This document shows, piece after piece, positions 31,789-40,723 of a DNA stretch of 40,723 bases. The notes under the pieces are model-generated. The model did no database searches. It saw only the letters and a program-made list of their open reading frames with translations, and was not told the origin of the DNA. The translations under genes were made by a program, and so were the position numbers. This stretch comes from Perkinsus olseni (Eukaryota): assembly GCA_013115125.1 (NCBI GenBank), contig JABANN010000308.1, positions 1-40,723 on the forward strand, written 5' to 3'. Numbering within the stretch: the first letter of the stretch is position 1; each line of letters begins with the position of its first letter.

Positions 31789-33372
31789 ATGAAGGCGTTT
31801 TCTTCTTCCAGTAGGGCCACGATACTGAGCCTCTGCCTAAGCCTTTGGTGCATAGCTACATTACCCAGTAGGGTGTACGCTTGGGATAAGGATATACATG
31901 AACGTATTGGGGAGGCTGTCTCCCGGGTACTCAGTTATAGGGATGTGTAAGTTATCATGCAAAGTGACAATCATATTCTCGCGTGACTGATGTTGTCGTC
32001 AGGGAAGACCTCAACAAGTTCCTCAATGGCCAGTCTATTGCCTACATGTCACGGTATGCTCATGATAAGCTACAGTACGCTAATTATGATAGGACTGTAG
32101 AGAACCATTACGAGACCCAGCTGAGGTAGCAACAGTGGTCGCGATGGCGGCTCATTATTAATATCAGAGATTGGAAGTGTACCTTCGACGTTGACCATCC
32201 GGATAGTGATGCAGAGTCTAAAGGCCTTTATCAATCGGTAGTTGAATAAATACTCAGGCCGGGCGCAGTAAGGTTGGGTACTCTTATTACGTCAGATACA
32301 TGACATATTTGGAAGGGTGACGCATGAGAGTAAATCGGCACAAGACCATGGCATTGCCAAGGACATGACAGAGCCTGTCCAGATTAGCTGGCTCCTAGGT
32401 ACCTCTCAACAAATGCTGAATATTCGTTAATGAGGGCGTATCTTAGGTTTGGTACAGGACTTGCATCAACCTCTTCATACTGGGTTCGGTGCTGACGACC
32501 ATGGACGGAGGATTACTGTTCAATACCATGATGACCCTAGCACCAATTTATACGACTTCTGGGAGCGTGATGTAGTACACTGGGATACTGTAGCATGTAG
32601 CTAACACCAACATCATCTTGCTCTCAGGTTTCTTCGGCTGTTAATCTAGAAACCCAACTCGTGTTGAGAGCGTATAACGATGAGCTGGATAAACTAGTCC
32701 AAGAGGGAGGTTATGGTATAAAATTAGTTCAGAAGATATATGAAAAGGGTAGATTACGGTGTACCACTGCCTGCGCGCCGTATGAATGGTAGTATAGGTA
32801 TAGCGGAGTGGATAGCAGAATCAATGGAGATGGCATGTAGTGATATATACTCAGTCATTGCTGGTGGTAGAGGGAGGGAAGTACCCAGAATGTAATACCA
32901 ATGCCGGAGCCCAGTCATCTTCATCATCATCTGCGCACATGCTCGTATAGGTACCAAATAGATGATGAGGTCTATGCTCGCTGGCGTGATTTGGCTACGA
33001 AGCAGGTTGTTAAAGGTGCAGCAAGGTCAGCTGTTGTACTGCATGCCATAGCCATACATGTAACCCCCTCAACACCACCATACTACATGTTCAGTCATCA
33101 TAACAGTTATACACAGGCACGATACTATCATCCTGAGATTGTGGGCGCCCTAGCTAGGTCGAATAAAGTACAGCGTCATAGAGTTAGAGGTAACTGGATG
33201 CAGGCGTTAGCCAAGAACACCATCATAGCGGCTGTTGTGGTACCTCTCATCCTGATACTACTCAACTATCCACAGTAATATCAACAACAATGACACTACT
33301 TCATGCTAACGATCGCCATATTGTAGATTTGTAAGACGCTTCATGCCCAACAAGGACAACAGGTCTGAATAA
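31789..33372 (+). CDS. S1/P1 nuclease-family protein with signal peptide and C-terminal TM anchor, multi-exon
   Basis: Signal peptide, then mature N-terminus WDKDIHERIG; LVQDLHQPLHTGFGADDHG; NLYDFWE; EWIAES; C-terminal hydrophobic TIIAAVVVPLILILL. Confidence 0.85.
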
Positions 33373-33709
33373 GTCTTCTTGCGCCTGCTGCTCTCGGCAC
33401 ACCTCTTCCAGTTCATCATGCCAGTGACAGCTGAAGCTGCAGCAGCAGCCTTACTAAAGACGGCCTTAGTCACCACTCGACATTTACACTGTTGTTTCCA
33501 AGCCTCTCGATGATTACTCAGGTGTTCAGTGCTCAGGAGTTCAGGGTTCAGTGCTATTGCGTTACGGCACTCAGTGGTGGGCGTATAAGAGCTAGCATCC
33601 TCGTCGTAGCTATTTTTAACTCAACACTCTTCTTCCTTCTTCTTCTTTCTGGCATCCACTAGATAAGAGTCTTACTGCCGAATCTGCATCATCCGCTAGT
33701 CTCTAGTTG

Positions 33710-36700
33710 ATGAAGTTTGAGAAACAGTTGCGACGCTACGCCATAGCAGAATGGGCCGATAACTATATAGATTATCGTCGTCTGAAGAAGGCACTGAGAA
33801 GGAGTGTAATACACCACCACATGATGGTCATTACATCATCAATACCTGAACACTACTGTATACGTAGTAGTGCGCATAGTGTCGTCTAACATGATCAGGT
33901 GCATAGTAGGAGTCGGCGACTACAGAGTAGTATCCATGATGCATCATCAATTGAGGATCTAATGCGGAGGTCAAGGGAATACAGTCTAGTAGGGGCAACT
34001 CAAGGTGGCCTACCTCCCGCCGAGCCCCATCAGGTAGTACTATCAGAGGGGCTATGTAACAACACTGTTAAGCGAGTGTAGTATCACCCGGTCTCCACCT
34101 TCAACACTGACTCTAAAACTCCGTCTCCTCAGATAGTCGCATTGTATTCATATCTAACAAAAGGGTTCTATCAGCCATGTCCATGCCTGCACGTGGCCCC
34201 ATAGGAGATATGACCCTCTGTGTAGATACTGGGTATATCACCGTCCTCCTTCGTAAACAGTGAGACGTCATTAGATGAATGGTATCAGCTGTTAGAGTTG
34301 CAGATACGCAAGGTTAACATATTCTTTGAGTAATATCGTTCTACTGAGGCAGCCAAACCTCACCCTCATGCTGCTCTCATCATGCACTATTCAGGCTACA
34401 ATACGAAGACCTGGAGTCCCAAGTGGTAGAGACAGAGAAGCTGGTGTAAGGAGGGGAGGAACACTATCTGTATTGTCGTGATGGTGATCTTCTTATCCTC
34501 AGTCATTCAATAGCATCATCTTCCTCATCGAGTGGTAGTGGCTCTAGCATTGGTATTGCAACGCAGTACCATCAGCATCAATCACCTGTGTATGCACAAG
34601 AGCATCATCATCAGCGGCATGAAACTGATGATCTGAATGGAAGACAGATAGAATACCCATACAACCCCTCTGAGGGCAACCTGCAGGCCCCACTCATACG
34701 GGAGAAACGCCATCGGAGTCCGGAGGAAACTCACAACAGTAATACTCTTCGAATGCCAACCTTCTGTCCATTATTTTTTGCATCCATAGTTTGGCCACTT
34801 ATTTATCATCTCAGCCCAAATGATGATGCGAGCCGAGAATGCTATAGCTAACCTGACGGAGAGGATAGACCTCCTACGTTCATACTCAAGGCTCAATCAT
34901 TTAGCTGTTGCCAAGGTAGTAGTAGTAGTTAACACCAGCTCGCGAGGAGCACCTGCGTAGTAGCAGATACTGAAGAAGCATGATAAGGTTACCCGGATCG
35001 GTCTATCTCAAGTCCTCATGCCAGAAGTATCATCTCAGCCGTTCTATGACCTTGGACGTTTGGATGCAGTAAGGTGAATGATGATGCTGATGAGGCGTTC
35101 ATTGAGGCATTTGTCAGCTGGATAAACGTCTGCAGCGTCTAGTGCCGTGTACGAATCCAAGCGAGGGCGACCAACAATTCCTAAAGAGATTACGCTACTT
35201 TAGGGAGCATATGGGAGGTGGACACTCGAAACTGTAGGTCCTGTTATCATCCGACACCACGACCATCATTCGAACCTATTAACAGGTTGCGAGGCTTCTA
35301 TGTTGGAGTATCGGTGATGCTAATGATAGACCTAATTGTCCTTATATGTATTCCTCACACCAACCCTAATTTCGATGAGGCGGCCTTCTTTGCCAGTCTA
35401 ACGGCCTTCAGGTAATAGTTGTACTACTAGCATCATCATCATGATCGTATCATTCTTGGACGCTTCTTATTCGTTCCATATCTACAGGTTTGTATTCATG
35501 TGTTCATTGGCTTTATGGTCTGCTGGCTGGGCTATGAAGTAATAACAATACTAACACCGTGTATTCGTCACATCCCCCTTCTTCACTATCTTAGTGTACT
35601 GGAGACCTACTCTGTCAACTACCTTTTCCTACTGGATTGTGACCCCAATATTGAAGTTAGATCGGATACTTTATTTAACATAGCAGCTGTACACACCAGT
35701 CTCTTTATCCTCTTTTTTGGACTGTAAGCCTCCTTCCCCTTCTCCTCCTGCCATCAATCATGCTGCCCTCAGATACGTAGTAGATTATAAATTCGCTATA
35801 TTTGGGTATCATGGATACTACGTAGTATACCCGGCCATACTCCTCTTTTTCTGGCTTGTATCTATGTTTTGGCCCCATGACGTGAGCCCTACTACTTCAC
35901 GTATAAAGGCTTATCTTCCCCTCTACCTTCGTACAGGTATTCCGGCTTCGCTATCGTAAGGGCATAGCGATGTCACTGTGGAGAACAGTGAAGGCTCCGT
36001 TCGGAGGCTCGGTTACCTTCGCTGATAATATCACCGGTGATGTTCTTACTAGTGCAGTTAAACCCCTCCAGGTAAGTATCACTAGTAGTGTTAGTCACGC
36101 AATGCTCGCCATGCCTGCTGCTGTCTCCTCAGGATCTAGTCCTCGCATTCTTCTTCTTCTCCGCCCCGTTGGACATAGCTAGAACAAAGACTGAGAATCA
36201 TCCCTTTCTTATACCATTGATAGCTTTCTTGCCGTAAGAATACTCGATACCTGCATCTGCTGCTGGTGGTTATAGTCTGGGTAAGCCCCATAGCTTTATC
36301 TCAGGTATTGGTTCCGAATGATGCAATGCTTGAATCGATGGTGGGAGACTAGGGAGACACGACACTTGTGGAACTTCGGAAAGTAATGAGGGAAACGGTT
36401 GCATCGAGCAGTGCTCAGTGGTACTCTCACTTCGTATTAGGTATACATGCGGGAACATCATGGTTGTTGTAACCGCTATCCCGCTTAGTGACTTTCCCTA
36501 TTTCTCAGTCTACACTGAGAGGCTTATCTGGGTATGTTCTCCCTTCATTTAAGTTTATGATAGCCATGCTTCCTTGCATCATCAGGTATTCGTCTATTGC
36601 CTATCATCTATGTATATGTATTGTTGGGATGTTGGTATGGATTGGGGTATTGTCAGCTTCTCCACTACTGACCATACAGGTAGTAGTGGTCGTCATTACT

Positions 36701-37259
36701 GCTAGGACTAGGACTTATTCAGTAACCAGGTACATTCCTTTCGAGGGAGCATATGCTACCTCGCTGGATGTATGGTGCTGCCGCGTTCACTAACCTTATA
36801 GGTCGAACGACGTGGGCCCTTACTCTTATGCCTGCTCATACGGTGTTGAAGTCACCTGTGGGTTCACAGGTTTTGAGGACTGTTGTGGCTGGTATGGAAA
36901 TCATGAGGTAAACTGCATCACGATCATTAGCTAGGGTATCCAAGCTTGGTTGTTCATCTCAGACGAGCTCAGTGGTTTATAATTCGATGCGAATTTGAAC
37001 ACCTTACGAATGCAAGCAAGTATCGATCGCTTCTTTGGGTGCCTCCACTCATCTCGAAGGAAGATTTGCATGCTACAAGTAGGTCTGCCATTGTAACTGC
37101 ACGGTGATCGTTAACTATGTGCTTTCAGGGAAGAGAATGAAACCTCTGTTCACTGTGAATGTGAAGTCTATTGCAGTAGATCCATCCTGGGGTATAAAAG
37201 ATACGGCCGTGGCCGCTATGAATTCTGTACGATCTCGAGGGGAATCCTTCGCACCTTAG
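33710..37259 (+). CDS. SPX-EXS phosphate exporter (XPR1/SYG1/PHO1 family), multi-exon
   Basis: SPX motifs MKFEKQL..YAIAEWADNYIDYRRLKKAL, KVNIFF and LNHLAVAKILKKHDK. EXS motifs VTFADNITGDVLTS, RMMQCLNRW...HLWNFGKY, YCWDVGMDWG and EIMRRAQWFIIRCEFEHL. Confidence 0.92.
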
Positions 37260-37772
37260 AAGCTACTATCATCACATCTACATTTTTCTCAAGTTTCTCC
37301 AACTTGTTGCCTGTTGTTGAGTTCCTTATATTCCAGAGTAACTAACGGCCGCACTCCCCTCTATTTATGCTGCGGGAGAGCGGGCTCTAGAGGTGTTGGC
37401 TCTAGTCAGGGGCATGCTGGAAGATCGCGTCTGCAGAGCCATCGCGGGGCACGTTGGTGATGATGTTGTTCGTTGTTTGCTCATAGTTTGATGTTGTTCA
37501 GTGAGGAGCACAACTTGCTGTGCGTAAATAAGCGCATCGTAGGCGTATCATCTCGATAAATACCTCTTTGGTGTGGCGTTGCTTATCATACATGTTACAA
37601 ATATATGTATATTCATGACCCCTTCATCCCTTACACATTGTCCACTCTCCCAACACGAAGCGGTCAGTTATAAGAGAACGAGTTACTAAACTATCAAATG
37701 TACGATCATACAATATGAGTGATATCTGCAACTGTATCCAGGCTACTGTAACTCAGTGGGTGGTATGCCCTT

Positions 37773-40723
37773 TCACAGTAGTAAGTCGGGTGGGCCTTCG
37801 GCGGTATCACCCTGCGGAGGCGCTTGCCTTCCCGATCGCACATCACGGACGGTGCCCTCGTTACTACTGCTACAGGCAAAGAAGTTATCGTCGACCACGA
37901 CATAATCATCTTCCACCAACCTATTCGGCATCCCCATTTCAGATGAGGAGGGAGTTGCACTTTCGAAGGGTCCAAAGTAGTCGTCCGTGAGGTTGTTGGT
38001 GGGGGAAGCAGTACCTCCACCGCTACCATCCCGTGAATGCCTACGCTTTATTTCCGGCTCGGACACCCAAGACAGCAAATCCACCTCGGGTGCTGAGCTA
38101 GTATTTGATAGCCTGTTCGTCTGTTGAGCGGGGGGCCGCGTCGTCGAGCATGGAACAGACATCCGCGCCGGCCGACGTTTCGCTCTGACTGGTGAACGGA
38201 CAGTAGGGAGATCAACGGCGAGTTTGAAAGTTGCACTAACTGGCTTATGATCTGACGAAGTGTACCTGAGAATGAGGGCTAACACAGTGATAGCTCCCTC
38301 ATCGGAAGTAACCTATGATGAGACTGGTAGGTTTCATTGACCAGGGCTCTATGAGGCGTGCACTGATAGAAGATTCTATCACACCAACTTGGACATCTGT
38401 TGACAGCTAGCTGCATCGTTCCTGGCTCAAACCTGAGCTAGTAGCCATGCGGCAACATGGTAACATGTAGTGGTAGTAGTACTTGTAAGTGGGCATGAAG
38501 TTGGATATCTTGCCTTCGTTGCACTCCACGAGTGTGGTATCTGTGCACTCTCCTTCATAGTACTGGTCATATTGAGCCAGTCTCTCTGATGACATGTAGG
38601 ACGATTTACGGCATAGGTTAGTGGACGTTACTACCAAAGTCGCCCGTGTCGAGCAGTGCCACTGCGGTTTCTCTATCACAGTTGAGACGGAAATTAAAGT
38701 CCCCGAGTAAGAAGAGCACCCTCCGTTGAAGAGGCTGGTCCATCGTAGTGTACTGTTCCCTGACCTGCTGTCGGTATTCGCTTGTTATCATATGCAGCTG
38801 CTCATTCCGTATATCCATCATTCTGAGGGAGGCAGCAGAGAGATGACGAGTTCGATGCCTTCGGGACCTCGGCAGAGCGACTGTCGTGGCTGGTACTGCT
38901 CTCACCTGTCACCAGCCTCGAGATGGACGCTACACATTGAGATGAGAGTATTATGCAGCTTCATGCTGAGTAACACACCACCCTTATTGCCGTGGGCACC
39001 GCCAAGGCCTGATATCGACTCCTCAAGCGCAGTGTTATTAGCAGCCACTAGAGCACTAGTACCTCCCTTTATTTTCTTAGTATGCACATGAGATATCTCT
39101 CTAGCCAGTGATTCCCTAACCCATACTGAGATGTAGAGCCCTACCATGGTTATGCATTGTACCTGCCATTAGCCACCGTCTTCGCTATGATCATACCAGG
39201 CCAAAGCCTACTTCAGTGTAATGTACCCTATCCTGCCTGGGTATACCCTGCTTCTTTTGGTAGTTATCGAAGAGGCTACATAATACACGGTTGAATTGAG
39301 CCCTCCGCACTTCATGCTCGGTCTCTCCCTCGAACTTACTCGTCATCTGCGTAGAGCTATCACTATCAGTTGTAACGCCAAAGATCGTGAATAAGCTTAC
39401 CATTCTAAACCCTCTTTTCAGAATAGCCGTCGCGTCCAAGTCGACAAACTCCTGCATACCAATAATATATACCTGATACCACAACATCCCCGAATGCCAA
39501 CCAAGGCTCATCAGATACGGCGTTACATCTCTAAGATAGGAATCCTCATCATCAGTACCATTGGTAGAATGATGATGATGGTGATACGACAGTCTGAGCC
39601 AATCAGACAGGTCTTCGCCATTCCATGCCCTACTAGCATTGATGTTCCAAGTACCAACCCATATGGAGAGCTGAGAGCCTGAAGACACTCCAGCACCATC
39701 CAGAAGAGCTCCATAGGAGACGTTGAAATACACTCTGCTGTATCCGCTGTTGTACTTGAGGGCTCGGAGCTATCATCTTCCGCGTTACTGCTTGTTTCCA
39801 GCGTACCTTCATGAGGCTGATAGACGAGTACCTCATGCAGGAGAGGTAATCACTCTCTGTTGCCTTCTCCATGGGACCTCCTCCTGCTAGCGATGATGAT
39901 GATGATAACGCCGTCGATTGACGGTTGTCCCTAGACTGCTTGCCACTGGTGGTAAAGTCGCGGCGAAGAGTAAGAGAGGCATCTATCGCTGACTGACGGT
40001 CACGGTCCTCTCCGAAGTTATTCTTTACGTATCTTACAGGAGGCAACGATGGCAGCGATGGCAGCAGGAGCAGCAGCAGTGGCAGAAGTAGTGCTACTAC
40101 CTATTGGCGCTCCTCAGCATCTGCTGCATGGAGTTCTGCCAGGAGCTTTGGCCTGTTGTGACCAACTCTGTTAGTACCGACCCAGTACCGGTATAATGCA
40201 TCTGAATGAGTCGTCAGGTGTGGTCGGATGGATCGAACACAGGAGTATTATTTACAGATATCTGATCCCCATGCTCGGCCCAAAGGGTGGTGAGGACCTT
40301 CTTAGGGTCACCGTAATCATCATACTTTACTCCGAGCCCGGTTAAGATTTTACGTAGGATAAAACATGAGAAGGCCAGCTGACCTGTCGGCAAGTGGCAC
40401 TAATCGCTTATCAACCCTCGACCACGTTACCTGCATTGGTACGATCTAAACAGTCTAAACAGTTGGTCCTGATGACCCCGACTTGCTCCTTATGGGTGCT
40501 AGGTTGCCACCATTGGAACCTGCGATGATGAGTGATAAGCCGTGAACTCTGGAGCATAGAGCCTACTCCAGAGCCTTAGCCTCTCCTGATGATACAATAG
40601 TATCCAACACAGCATCAACATCTAAGGATGGAAGAATGATGGACAATGCGGAGTGGTATGCCACCAGCACGCGCATGTCTAGCGCACGCCATAGCTCTTA
40701 GCGCACGTCCGAGATTGTCTACA
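37773..40723 (-). CDS. Synaptojanin-like phosphoinositide phosphatase (Sac1 domain plus inositol polyphosphate 5-phosphatase), 3' part; begins beyond the right edge
   Basis: Sac1 catalytic GVIRTNCLDCLDRTN (about 40435-40480) and LWAEHGDQIS. 5-phosphatase motifs IWVGTWNIN, YIIGMQEFVDL, GNKGGV, SVHLEAG, LLGDFNFRL, PTYKY, PSWCDRIL and SDHKPV. Confidence 0.9.

Noticed and set aside
1-40723. CRISPR array, transposase or retroelement, tRNA, rRNA, spliced-leader RNA gene
   Set aside because: By eye I saw no regularly spaced repeats, no RT/integrase/transposase motifs, no cloverleaf or rRNA signature and no spliced-leader sequence.

Overview
This is gene-dense eukaryotic nuclear DNA with many short GT-AG introns (mostly about 40-60 nt), abundant trinucleotide microsatellites and very short gaps between co-directional genes. 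That pattern and the alveolate-type proteins suggest a Perkinsus-like myzozoan (inference). Because the genes are spliced, the ORF track shows only exon fragments; the gene models below were assembled by hand. Left to right: 5' part of a Vps34 class III PI3-kinase; very-long-chain 3-oxoacyl-CoA reductase; a hidden Coa3-like mitochondrial membrane protein; a stand-alone Chs5-N/DUF3006-like protein; Rab4; an extended mitochondrial ribosomal protein S18; a SMYD-type SET methyltransferase; a Pth1-type peptidyl-tRNA hydrolase; a p25-alpha/EF-hand-like protein; a small basic protein whose unusually long introns hold strongly structured candidate ncRNAs; eIF2B epsilon; two tandem amino-acid transporters sharing a 465-nt near-identical tract; several hypothetical genes; a Canopy/saposin-like ER protein ending HEDL; a small RVxF-type candidate PP1 regulator; a RING-H2 protein; a degenerate membrane-anchored S1/P1 nuclease; an SPX-EXS (XPR1-like) phosphate exporter; and the 3' part of a Sac1 plus 5-phosphatase (synaptojanin-like) gene. 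The most novel-looking signals are the intronic structured-RNA cluster (about 14.0-15.1 kb) and the stand-alone Chs5-N-like gene. All family assignments come from recognising motifs by eye; no database search was run.
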